A DNA stretch of 20,892 nt from Fidelibacterota bacterium (lineage in GTDB: Bacteria; Fidelibacterota; Fidelibacteria; Fidelibacterales; Fidelibacteraceae): NCBI GenBank assembly GCA_034723415.1, contig JAYEOX010000039.1:1-20892 (forward strand). The letters are read 5' to 3'. This document shows, piece after piece, positions 1 through 8,741 of the stretch (positions are counted from its first letter, which is position 1; each line of letters begins with the position of its first letter). The translations under genes were made by a program, and so were the position numbers. The notes under the pieces were generated by a model that was not told where the DNA came from, ran no database searches, and worked only from the letters and a program-made list of their open reading frames with translations.

Positions 1-60
1 TTTGCAATATCAAAAATAATTTACTATTTTATAATTATGTTACAAAAGGATAAATTATAG

Positions 61-1452
61 ATGCGTTTTAAATTTACAATTTTAATTTCTGATATTATTG
101 CAACATTTGTGGCGTTTTTTGTTACATTTATATTTCGTTACAAGTTGAATATTTTTTCAAATGAAGCGGAATTGTATTTTTTTGACATATTAATTCCGGC
201 AGTTGTCTTATCACTTTTTTGGATAATATTATTCTTCTATTATGGATTATATCAATTCCCCGTTGCTCCTTCAAGAACCGATGAAAATTTAAAAGTATTG
301 AAGGCAACTTTTTATGGTGTGATGATTCTTTTTATAATTACATTTGATCTATATAGACCATTATCAATTACAAGGATTACACTGTTATTTTATTGGTTGT
401 CTTTGATGTTCTTTGCAATCCTGAGTAGGAGTTTTCTTATTAGTTTTAGGAGACGAAGATTGGAGAATGGGATTGGTTTATCAAATGTATTGATCGTTGG
501 TTGGAATCCATTTGCATTTAACATTTTTGATAAAATTGAAAAATTTCCCGCACTTGGTTATAGAGTAATTGGTTTTGTTTCATTGAATTATACTCAAAAC
601 AATGGGAAAAAATATAAAAATAAGGAAGTTATTGGAGGCATTGATTCACTTCCACAATTAATTGAAGATAACAATATTAGTGAACTTGTAATTGCATTCG
701 AAACGAGTAATCATAAACGACTATTAGATGTTATTGATCGGGTTGGAAATATGGATGTTGGTTTAAAAATTATACCTGATATGTATGATATAATTTCGGG
801 ACAGGCAAGGACGAACCAAATTTATGGTTTCCCTTTAATAGATATTTTTCCAAGGCTTATGCCTAATTGGGAAAAAGTTATAAAGCGGTTTATTGATATT
901 TTTATGTCGGTTTTTGCATTGATAATTTTTTTACCATTTTTGTTATTTTTTGGATTGCTAATTAAAATTGATTCTAAAGGTCCAATATTTTATCATCAAA
1001 AACGAATTGGTAAAAATGGAAAAGAATTCAGGATCTTTAAATTAAGAACAATGATTGTTGATGCTGAAAAGAAGAGCGGTCCGATTTGGTCACAGAAAGA
1101 TGATCCGAGAATTACACGAATGGGCCGCCTATTAAGAAAAATTCGGTTAGATGAAATTCCTCAATTCATTAATGTACTCGAAGGGCATATGAGCATAGTT
1201 GGACCGCGACCAGAGAGACCGATTTTTGTTGATGAATTCTCCCAAAAAATACCACTTTATAAACACAGATTGAAGATGAAACCTGGAATAACCGGCTGGG
1301 CGCAGATCAAACATAAATATGATGAATCGCTTGATGATGTGAAAGAAAAAGTGCAATATGATCTATATTATTTGGAAAACATGTCGCTTAGATTGGATTT
1401 TAAAATAATTTTAAATACAATTAATATAGTATTTTCTGCAAAAGGACAATGA
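61..1452 (+). CDS. Polyprenyl-phosphate sugar phosphotransferase (priming glycosyltransferase, WcaJ/WbaP-like)
   Basis: Four N-terminal TM helices, Rossmann-like middle domain (NVLIVG), C-terminal Bac_transf motifs KRFIDI, FKLRTM, DDPRIT, RLDEIPQFINVLEGHMSIVGPRPE, KPGITGWAQ; AAGGA upstream of ATG. Confidence 0.93.
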   Translation: MRFKFTILISDIIATFVAFFVTFIFRYKLNIFSNEAELYFFDILIPAVVLSLFWIILFFYYGLYQFPVAPSRTDENLKVLKATFYGVMILFIITFDLYRPLSITRITLLFYWLSLMFFAILSRSFLISFRRRRLENGIGLSNVLIVGWNPFAFNIFDKIEKFPALGYRVIGFVSLNYTQNNGKKYKNKEVIGGIDSLPQLIEDNNISELVIAFETSNHKRLLDVIDRVGNMDVGLKIIPDMYDIISGQARTNQIYGFPLIDIFPRLMPNWEKVIKRFIDIFMSVFALIIFLPFLLFFGLLIKIDSKGPIFYHQKRIGKNGKEFRIFKLRTMIVDAEKKSGPIWSQKDDPRITRMGRLLRKIRLDEIPQFINVLEGHMSIVGPRPERPIFVDEFSQKIPLYKHRLKMKPGITGWAQIKHKYDESLDDVKEKVQYDLYYLENMSLRLDFKIILNTINIVFSAKGQ

Positions 1453-1458
1453 ATTTTT

Positions 1459-1490
1459 AGGTTAGAGGTTTAGAAGGTTAGCGGTTTAGA
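1459..1490 (+). repeat. Tandem 16-bp repeat x2 (aggttagaggtttaga / aggttagcggtttaga)
   Basis: Two adjacent copies with one mismatch, directly after the sugar transferase stop. Confidence 0.75.
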
Positions 1491-1544
1491 AATAAATAAT
1501 TAAAGTGATAATACGGAAATATTTTTCAATAATTTTAGTGTCCC

Positions 1545-1575
1545 TTGTGTAACCTTTGTGTTCCTCGTGGAAAAA
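1545..1575 (+). repeat. Dispersed 31-bp intergenic repeat, copy 1
   Basis: ttgtgtaacctttgtgttcctcgtggaaaaa; 27/31 identical to 10159-10189. Confidence 0.8.
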
Positions 1576-1592
1576 AAATATAAGGAGAAAAA

Positions 1593-2684
1593 ATGAGAAT
1601 ACCAATGGCAAATCTTAAATTAGAGTATGATTCTCTAAAAGATCAAATATTAAAAGAAGTAGCAAGTGTGTTAGATTCAACTGCATTCATTAATGGAGAT
1701 CCTATTAAAGAATTTGATAAAAAAGTTGAGGATTTTTTAAAAGTAAAACATCATATTCCTTGTGGAAATGGTACCGATGCTTTGCAAATTGCTCTTATGT
1801 CATTAGGAATTCACCCGGGTGATGAAATTATCACAACACCATTTACATTTATTGCAACAGCGGAAGTAATAGCGCTTCTCAAAGCAAAACCGGTATTTGT
1901 AGATATTGATCCGGACACTTTATTAATAGATGTAAATAAAATTGAAGAAGCCATTACAGATAAAACTTTTGCAATATTACCTGTACATCTATTTGGTCAG
2001 ATGGCAAATATGGATGCAATTATGAAAATAGCAAAAAAACATGATTTGAAAGTTGTTGAAGATGCTGCTCAAGCTTTTGGTGCGACTCATAATGGAACAA
2101 TTGCCGGAACTATTGGTGATATTGGGACTATTTCATATTTTCCTTCAAAAAATTTGGGCGCTTATGGTGATGCCGGAGGAATAATAACTAATAATGATGA
2201 TTTGGCAGCGAAAATTAAAATGATCGTAAATCACGGACAGAACAAAAAATATGAACATCATTTGATCGGTGTTAATAGTAGAATGGATACAATCCAGGCG
2301 GCAATTCTAAATGTTAAAATTAAATATATAAATGAATGGTTGAAAAAGAGAAATGCTGCAGGCGAATTATATAAAAAATTATTAGATCCGTCAATAAAAA
2401 CTCAAACTACAACAAAGGGAAATTTTCATACATATCATCAGTTTACTATCAAATATCAAAATAGAGACAAACTAAAAAAATATTTAGCCGATAAGGAAAT
2501 TGCTTCAGCTATTTATTATCCAATTCCATTAAATGAACAAAAAGCATTTGAGAATAAATTTGACTATAATAAAACACCAAATTCAAATAAAGTTGCAAAA
2601 GAGGTGTTATCTTTGCCAATCAGCCATTTTATTTCAGAAAATGAAATAAAAGAAGTTTCGGAAGCGGTAAATTCTTTTATTTAA
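1593..2684 (+). CDS. DegT/DnrJ/EryC1/StrS family PLP-dependent nucleotide-sugar aminotransferase
   Basis: NGTDAL, TTPFTFIATAE, PVHLFGQ, EDAAQAFGA, SYFPSKNLGAYGDAG (PLP lysine), NSRMD; RBS AAGGAG. Confidence 0.95.
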   Translation: MRIPMANLKLEYDSLKDQILKEVASVLDSTAFINGDPIKEFDKKVEDFLKVKHHIPCGNGTDALQIALMSLGIHPGDEIITTPFTFIATAEVIALLKAKPVFVDIDPDTLLIDVNKIEEAITDKTFAILPVHLFGQMANMDAIMKIAKKHDLKVVEDAAQAFGATHNGTIAGTIGDIGTISYFPSKNLGAYGDAGGIITNNDDLAAKIKMIVNHGQNKKYEHHLIGVNSRMDTIQAAILNVKIKYINEWLKKRNAAGELYKKLLDPSIKTQTTTKGNFHTYHQFTIKYQNRDKLKKYLADKEIASAIYYPIPLNEQKAFENKFDYNKTPNSNKVAKEVLSLPISHFISENEIKEVSEAVNSFI

Positions 2685-2690
2685 TAAAGA

Positions 2691-3092
2691 TTACAATTTA
2701 TTTTTTGTTTCAATAATTAGAGAGTGATTGTCAAAGTATAAATTTGTGATCTCGATTCCGGTGATATAATTTTTAATAATTTTATTTGGGAATATTAAAA
2801 TTTGTGAGTTGTGAATTTCAATCCAATCAAGCTCATTCAATTGTTTCAAATATTTCTGAAGTTTTTTTGTAATAAATGTAATAAAATATGACTTTAATTT
2901 TAGAGAAATAATTTCATTTTTATAATTCTCAAATTCCAAATCAATATTTAAAATTGGAATAAATGTCATAGGTTTTATTTTTAATTTGATGTTATTGTTT
3001 TTAGAAGAAATAGATTCCATTTGGTTTGGTAATATTCTATTCTTTTTTGCGATTTCAAATATCTCATTTAAAGTAAATAGTATTTTTGCCAT
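2691..3092 (-). CDS. Hypothetical protein, 133 aa
   Basis: Open frame filling the gap, purine-rich RBS (AAGGGA) before ATG on the minus strand; no recognisable motif. Confidence 0.65.
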   Translation of the reverse strand: MAKILFTLNEIFEIAKKNRILPNQMESISSKNNNIKLKIKPMTFIPILNIDLEFENYKNEIISLKLKSYFITFITKKLQKYLKQLNELDWIEIHNSQILIFPNKIIKNYITGIEITNLYFDNHSLIIETKNKL

Positions 3093-3203
3093 AATTCCCT
3101 TGTTATTTTTTTATTAAAAAATTTCTTTTTAATAAATAATGTTAATCATTTTTTATATTATTGACAACTCTTTTTTTTATTATTAAAAAACATCACTTAT
3201 TTT

Positions 3204-3232
3204 TTGATTTTACTTATTAAAAAAAGTATATT
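3204..3232 (+). promoter_or_regulatory. Possible sigma70 promoter for the BatA-hflX run
   Basis: TTGATT-N17-TATATT about 40 bp before the TTG start; very AT-rich context weakens it. Confidence 0.35.
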
Positions 3233-3273
3233 TAGATACAAATGAAATGTATAACTTTACATAAAAGAATCTA

Positions 3274-5073
3274 TTGAATTTTTTACAACCATTATTTTTA
3301 ATTTTTACATCTTTAGCAGCAATTCCGATCATTATTCATTTAATAAGCGAGAGAAGATATAAAAAATATTATTTTTCTTCAATTAAGTTTTTGAAAGAGA
3401 TACACTCCGGTTCGATTAAGAAGATAAAAATACGACAATTACTGATATTATTATTCAGAGTTTTATGGATACTTGCTCTGATATTTGCTTTTTCTCAGCC
3501 ATTTTGGAAAAAAATTAGATCAGGTAATAGTAGTTTGGAAAATGGAATTTTAATTGTAGATAACAGTTTTAGTATGAATATTGATGATCAATTGAAAAAT
3601 AAAATTGGGTTATTAAAAAGCAACTTTCCGAAATGGAAATTAATGAAAGTAGATGATGAACATTTTTCGACGGATTCTGTAAGGTTTCTGATGGAGGAAT
3701 ATTTCCGCTCAAATGGGATATTTAATAGAAATGTAATTTTATTCAGTGATTGTCAAAAGAATAAAATGACGGATTCTTTGTTGAGGACAATTGAAAAAAG
3801 CAAAGATATTGAACAGAGTAATTTTATTATTAATAATTCTCTACAAAGTTTCAATGCAAATATTGGAACATTTTTTATTGAAAACAAATTCCACCCGTTG
3901 AATGATTTTGTGCAAATAAATTTAAAAGCAAACAGTTCCATAGAAAGATTTGATGTTACTCCTGTCTATTTAAATGTCAATGGAAAGCGAATTGGTCAAG
4001 TTACACTCGATGATAAAGGATATGGTAGTTTTAGTTTTATTCCGGAAAATAAAGGATGGATATTGGGAACAGTTACTATTGAAGGTGATGATTATGAAAA
4101 AGATAATTCAATTTACTTTTCTTTTCCTGTACAAAAAACAATCAATATTCTAAATATTACAAAATCGGAAGATGAAAATTATCTTTCGTTAGCATTTGAT
4201 GCAATCGAAGAGATCAATTCTAAAATTATTTCACCGGCAGAATTATCAAATAATAATATTCAAGAAACTGATTTGATAATTCTCAACAATATATATAAAT
4301 TTTTATCAGCTCAGAAAAAACGACTTATTAAATTTGCACATAAAAAACCAATAGTTTTAATAACCGGCAAGAAAATAAATGATAATTATTGGCAAAAATT
4401 TACAGGTGTTTTAAAACCTGTTTTAAATGGTAATTCAGTTTCATTCTTAACTTTATCATTTATCAAATCAGGATATAACTTTCAACAATTCCCGGAATCA
4501 AATTTAAGAATTAAAAAATTTTATACAACAGACAAAAAAAATAAAATAGATATTTGGGAATTATCAAATGGAGAAACTTTATTATTCAAAGATAGCAAGT
4601 TGAGTATTTATACATTGTTAAGTCCTTTTGATTTTTCTTGGAATGAATTTGGGCTTTCTCCATATTTTACACGACTAATAAAATCTTTTGTACATCAAGC
4701 GATATTCTTTCCCAAAACGAATCTTTTACTTAATGAATCTATTGTCAATAATGATCAGGATTTTGCAGTAACTGATCCTAATAATGAAAAAGTAAGAGTC
4801 AATTCTATCTATACAAAAACGGATATTACAGGGTTTTACAAAATGGAATTTAACGATGAACAGTTAATATATTCTGTAAACATTCCGGAGAGTGAAAAAA
4901 CAATTGAAACAATTAATAAAAAAAAACATACAATTATCAAATGGGATAAAGATACATTTGAAAATATCAGCAAGCTAAAACAGGGCAGATCATTAAATGA
5001 ATTTTTTCTAGTTTTAGCGGCAATATTTTTTGGAATTGAAATGTTTATATTAGCAATTGGAAAGAAATTTTAA
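3274..5073 (+). CDS. BatA N-terminal double-TM domain / vWA-like membrane protein
   Basis: N-terminal NFLQPLF..PIIIHLI..FSSIKFL..LLILLFR..AFSQP (BatA domain); MIDAS-like DNSFS plus LFSD; C-terminal TM helix; TTG start. Confidence 0.82.
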   Translation: MNFLQPLFLIFTSLAAIPIIIHLISERRYKKYYFSSIKFLKEIHSGSIKKIKIRQLLILLFRVLWILALIFAFSQPFWKKIRSGNSSLENGILIVDNSFSMNIDDQLKNKIGLLKSNFPKWKLMKVDDEHFSTDSVRFLMEEYFRSNGIFNRNVILFSDCQKNKMTDSLLRTIEKSKDIEQSNFIINNSLQSFNANIGTFFIENKFHPLNDFVQINLKANSSIERFDVTPVYLNVNGKRIGQVTLDDKGYGSFSFIPENKGWILGTVTIEGDDYEKDNSIYFSFPVQKTINILNITKSEDENYLSLAFDAIEEINSKIISPAELSNNNIQETDLIILNNIYKFLSAQKKRLIKFAHKKPIVLITGKKINDNYWQKFTGVLKPVLNGNSVSFLTLSFIKSGYNFQQFPESNLRIKKFYTTDKKNKIDIWELSNGETLLFKDSKLSIYTLLSPFDFSWNEFGLSPYFTRLIKSFVHQAIFFPKTNLLLNESIVNNDQDFAVTDPNNEKVRVNSIYTKTDITGFYKMEFNDEQLIYSVNIPESEKTIETINKKKHTIIKWDKDTFENISKLKQGRSLNEFFLVLAAIFFGIEMFILAIGKKF

Positions 5074-5095
5074 AATTTAAATTAGGTGAAAATTA

Positions 5096-6391
5096 ATGTA
5101 TGTGATTAAACCACAAATTGAAAGATCAATATTAGTAGCTGTTTCGCTTCCGGGTGAAAAAGAGACGGCAGAAAATTCTGTAAAGGAGTTAGAGCTTCTT
5201 GCACAAACATTAGAAATTGAAGTTATTGATACAATAATTCAATCGCGAACGAAAATTCATAATGTTCATTATGTTGGTAAGGGAATATTGGAAAAGTTGA
5301 AACATTTAGTTGAAGAATTGGAGATTCAGACGATAATTTGTGATGATGAATTGACTCCTTCACAGCAGAAAAATATTCAGAAAGAACTGAAAAATTGTAA
5401 AATATTAGATCGCAGTTCTTTAATACTCGATATTTTCAAAGATCATGCAAAAACTAAAGAGGCAAAAACGCAAGTGGATCTCGCAAGAATGGAATATATG
5501 TTACCACGGTTAACTCGCAAATGGACTCATTTGGAACGACAGAAAGGCGGTATTGATATGCGAGGCGGTCCGGGAGAAACACAAATTGAAGTGGATAGAC
5601 GATTGATCAGAGATCAAATAAAAAAATTAAAATCAGAGCTTAAAAAGATTGCATTACAAGGGAAAACACAGAAGAAGCATAGGAGCCAGCGCTTTAATGT
5701 TGCGATAGTTGGTTACACGAATGCCGGTAAATCAACTTTAATGAATGTTGCAACTTCTGCTGAAGTAGCTGTTGAAGACAAACTATTTAAAACATTGGAT
5801 ACAACAATTCGAAAATGTGAGATAGACAAATCGCACATAATTTTTTTAAGTGATACAGTTGGCTTTATTAGAAAATTACCTCACCAATTAGTTGCCTCAT
5901 TCAGAAGTACTTTAAAAGAAGTAGAGTCAGCTGATCTGCTTTTAAAGGTAATAGATGTTTCAGATCCAAATTTTTTACAACAGATAAAAACAATAGATGA
6001 TGAATTGAAAGAATTTAAAATTCCTGAGAAAAATTTTATTAATGTATATAATAAAGTTGATATGATCCCGAATAAATTAAATATGGAAATAATCAAAAAA
6101 CAGCTATCTGATGGAATTTTCATTTCAGCTAAACGGGATTTAGGAATTGAAAAGTTGTTATTGGAAATAAAGAAAAAAATGGATTTAAATTCACATCAGA
6201 GAACTATAAGAATTTCAAATAAAAATGGAAAAGCAAATTCCGCTATCTATCAATTTGCAAAAATAATAGATCAAAATATCGAAGATGAATTCACGGAATA
6301 TAAAGTAAATATGCGAGACACAGCGTTTGAGAAATTTTCTAAAACTTATGAAATTTCAGTAGTTATAAATAATAATTTAGATCAGAGGTAA
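5096..6391 (+). CDS. hflX: Ribosome-splitting GTPase HflX
   Basis: ILDIF..HAKTKEAKTQV, GGPGETQIEVDRR, G1 GYTNAGKS, G2 LFKTLDTT, G3 DTVGF, G4 NKVD. Confidence 0.97.
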   Translation: MYVIKPQIERSILVAVSLPGEKETAENSVKELELLAQTLEIEVIDTIIQSRTKIHNVHYVGKGILEKLKHLVEELEIQTIICDDELTPSQQKNIQKELKNCKILDRSSLILDIFKDHAKTKEAKTQVDLARMEYMLPRLTRKWTHLERQKGGIDMRGGPGETQIEVDRRLIRDQIKKLKSELKKIALQGKTQKKHRSQRFNVAIVGYTNAGKSTLMNVATSAEVAVEDKLFKTLDTTIRKCEIDKSHIIFLSDTVGFIRKLPHQLVASFRSTLKEVESADLLLKVIDVSDPNFLQQIKTIDDELKEFKIPEKNFINVYNKVDMIPNKLNMEIIKKQLSDGIFISAKRDLGIEKLLLEIKKKMDLNSHQRTIRISNKNGKANSAIYQFAKIIDQNIEDEFTEYKVNMRDTAFEKFSKTYEISVVINNNLDQR

Positions 6392-6397
6392 AAAATT

Positions 6398-6934
6398 ATG
6401 CATAAAGTACAAATTGGGAATGCTAATATTGAAATTATTAAAGGTGATATTGTCAATCAAGAAGTCGATGCAATTGTCAATGCGGCGAATAATAATTTTT
6501 GGATGGGCGGTGGTGTTGCCGGAGCAATTAAGAAAGCCGGTGGGAAAATTATTGAAGAGAAAGCAATGGAAAAAGGACCTATCAATCCCGGAGAAGTCAT
6601 AGTAACAGAAGCAGGCAAATTGAAATATAAAAAAATAATTCATGCTGCTGTGATGGGACAAGATTTGAAAACAAACGAGGAATTGATAAAAAAGTCAACA
6701 GTAAATACATTAAAGAAAGCTGAAGAGTTAAAAATAAATTCATTAGCTTTTCCTGCTTTTGGAACAGGCGTAGGTGGATTTAATTTATATAAATGTGCTG
6801 AAATAATGCTAAATGTAACTATTGATTTTCTATTGGAAAATAAATCTGTAAATGTGGTAAAATTCGTATTATTTTCTGAAAAAGCATATAATATATTTTT
6901 AGAAAAATTAGATATTTTTTTTCATAATAAATAA
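6398..6934 (+). CDS. Macrodomain protein (ADP-ribose binding / O-acetyl-ADP-ribose deacetylase-like)
   Basis: GDI..QEVDAIVNAAN, GGGVAGAI, IIHA, AFPAFGTGVGG. Confidence 0.93.
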   Translation: MHKVQIGNANIEIIKGDIVNQEVDAIVNAANNNFWMGGGVAGAIKKAGGKIIEEKAMEKGPINPGEVIVTEAGKLKYKKIIHAAVMGQDLKTNEELIKKSTVNTLKKAEELKINSLAFPAFGTGVGGFNLYKCAEIMLNVTIDFLLENKSVNVVKFVLFSEKAYNIFLEKLDIFFHNK

Positions 6935-6955
6935 TTAATTAAAAAAGGAGATGCT

Positions 6956-8494
6956 ATGAAAGCAAATTTTGAGAATTTAAACAAATTACTTTTAGAGATG
7001 CAGAAAATTGAATCTATAAGTTCATTGCTGCATTGGGATCAAGAAACATTTATGCCCGAAAATGGTGGAGAAATCAGATCTAAAGAGATAGCTTATTTGA
7101 GCACATTACATCATCAGAAACAAGTTAGTGATGAATTCAAAAATGAGTTGGGCAAATTTGTAAATACTGGAAATGGTAAAATTTTATCAAATGAGATCAA
7201 TGATGATGATAAAAGATTTTTAGATCGCGTTTGGAAAGATTTTCATTATGAGAATTCTTTGCCACAGGAATTTGTTGAAGAATTATCCGAGCTGACTTCA
7301 ACAAGTCAAATGAAATGGGTGAAAGCAAAGGAACAGAATGATTTTTCTCTATTCGAACCGTATTTAAAAAAGATGGTAGATATGAAGAAAAAAGAGGCGG
7401 ATTATTATGGTTATTCCACAAATAGATATGATGCGTTGCTGGAACAATTTGAGCCGGGAATTACAACAGAAAAATTAGACGATCTATTTAATGGATTAAA
7501 AACGCGCTTAATAAAATTAATTGAAAAGATAAAAAATTCTCCTGTAAAAATAAATGAAGTGCATGGTAAATTTGATGAAGATAATCAGTGGAAGTTAGGA
7601 ATGAAGATCATTAAAGATATGGGATTTGATCTGAATTCCGGACGGCAAGATAAATCGGCTCATCCATTTACGATAAGTTTTCATCCGTCTGATGTCCGTT
7701 TAACGACAAGAGTTCATGAAGATAATTTTTTATCAAGTTTGTTTGCAAGTATTCATGAAGCAGGACATGGAATTTATGAGCAGGGATTGTTGGAAGAGAA
7801 TTTTGGGAGTCCATTCGGTCAAGCGGCATCATTTGGAATACATGAAAGTCAATCGCGTTTATGGGAAAATCAAATAGGAAGAGGCAAAAATTTTTGGAAG
7901 AAATATTTACCAATTCTAAAAGATCATTTTCCACAATTCAAGTCAATGGATCTTGATGAATATTTCAAAATAATTAATATTGTAAAACCATCATTGATAA
8001 GGATTGAAGCCGATGAAGTAACTTATTCGCTTCATATTATGCTCAGATATGATATTGAAAAAATGTTGATAAATGAAGATTTGCCTGTAAAAGATCTACC
8101 AAAAATATGGAACAAAAAGATGAAAGAATATTTTGATATTGTTCCTGACAGCAACGCAAATGGAGTTCTACAGGATGTCCATTGGTCGATGGGGGCATTT
8201 GGATATTTTCCATCTTATGCGCTTGGGAATTTTTACGCAGCTCAGTTTTTTCAAAAAGCATCTGAAGCGATCCCCGATTTTGATAAGAAAATCCAAAATG
8301 GTGAATTATTGTCTCTAAAAAATTGGTTAAATGAAAATGTGCATCAATACGGAAGGAAATATTTACCGGATGAATTGATCAAGAAAGTTGTCGGAAATCC
8401 AATGTCAGTTGACCCATTTATGGAATATTTGGAAAGTAAATATGGGGAAATATATGAATTGAAATCATCTGCCAGCAGCAGGCGGGGAAGTTAG
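6956..8494 (+). CDS. M32 family metallocarboxypeptidase (carboxypeptidase Taq-like)
   Basis: HPF, DVRLTTR, HEAGH (HExxH), HESQSR, IRIEADE, GVLQDVHW, GYFPSYALG; RBS AAGGAG. Confidence 0.96.
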   Translation: MKANFENLNKLLLEMQKIESISSLLHWDQETFMPENGGEIRSKEIAYLSTLHHQKQVSDEFKNELGKFVNTGNGKILSNEINDDDKRFLDRVWKDFHYENSLPQEFVEELSELTSTSQMKWVKAKEQNDFSLFEPYLKKMVDMKKKEADYYGYSTNRYDALLEQFEPGITTEKLDDLFNGLKTRLIKLIEKIKNSPVKINEVHGKFDEDNQWKLGMKIIKDMGFDLNSGRQDKSAHPFTISFHPSDVRLTTRVHEDNFLSSLFASIHEAGHGIYEQGLLEENFGSPFGQAASFGIHESQSRLWENQIGRGKNFWKKYLPILKDHFPQFKSMDLDEYFKIINIVKPSLIRIEADEVTYSLHIMLRYDIEKMLINEDLPVKDLPKIWNKKMKEYFDIVPDSNANGVLQDVHWSMGAFGYFPSYALGNFYAAQFFQKASEAIPDFDKKIQNGELLSLKNWLNENVHQYGRKYLPDELIKKVVGNPMSVDPFMEYLESKYGEIYELKSSASSRRGS

Positions 8495-8588
8495 AGATTG
8501 GAAAAATTGCCACGAATACACGAATAATACTTGAAATAGTCTGCCCGTCGCAGATTGGGAAATTATCTGTTCTTAGCAGATAGAGGAA
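8468..8588 (+). repeat. Cluster of three degenerate ~22-bp GC-rich repeats (TCTGCC..GCAG..GGGAA)
   Basis: Copies at 8468-8489, 8540-8561 and 8566-8588 (most decayed); inverted copy at 10999-11018. Confidence 0.65.
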
Positions 8589-8656
8589 TGTGAAAAAAAT
8601 GAAATTATTGAATATTGATAAAATATAAATTGCTGAAAATTATTATATAATAACCC

Positions 8657-8729
8657 TGACTATGGGTATAAATAATTTATTATTACCCTTGACTATGTAT
8701 ATAAAATTTGTTATAATATGATTGACTAT
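8657..8729 (+). promoter_or_regulatory. Three TGACTAT direct repeats at 33-bp period (candidate operator array)
   Basis: TGACTAT starts at 8657, 8690 and 8723. Confidence 0.6.
8689..8717 (+). promoter_or_regulatory. sigma70 promoter of the AAA ATPase gene
   Basis: TTGACT (8689-8694)-N17-TATAAT (8712-8717); GAGGTG RBS before ATG 8742. Confidence 0.8.
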
Positions 8730-8741
8730 ATATGAGGTGAT

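Noticed and set aside
2..35. sigma70 promoter for the sugar transferase (TTGCAA-N17-TATTTT)
   Set aside because: At the window edge with a weak -10 in very AT-rich sequence; not distinguishable from background
6398..6934. Macrodomain as a DarG-type antitoxin
   Set aside because: No DarT or other ADP-ribosyltransferase nearby; stand-alone housekeeping-type macrodomain
8468..8729. Possible CRISPR array from the 22-bp or 33-bp-period repeats
   Set aside because: Repeats too short or degenerate, spacing irregular or too small, no cas genes
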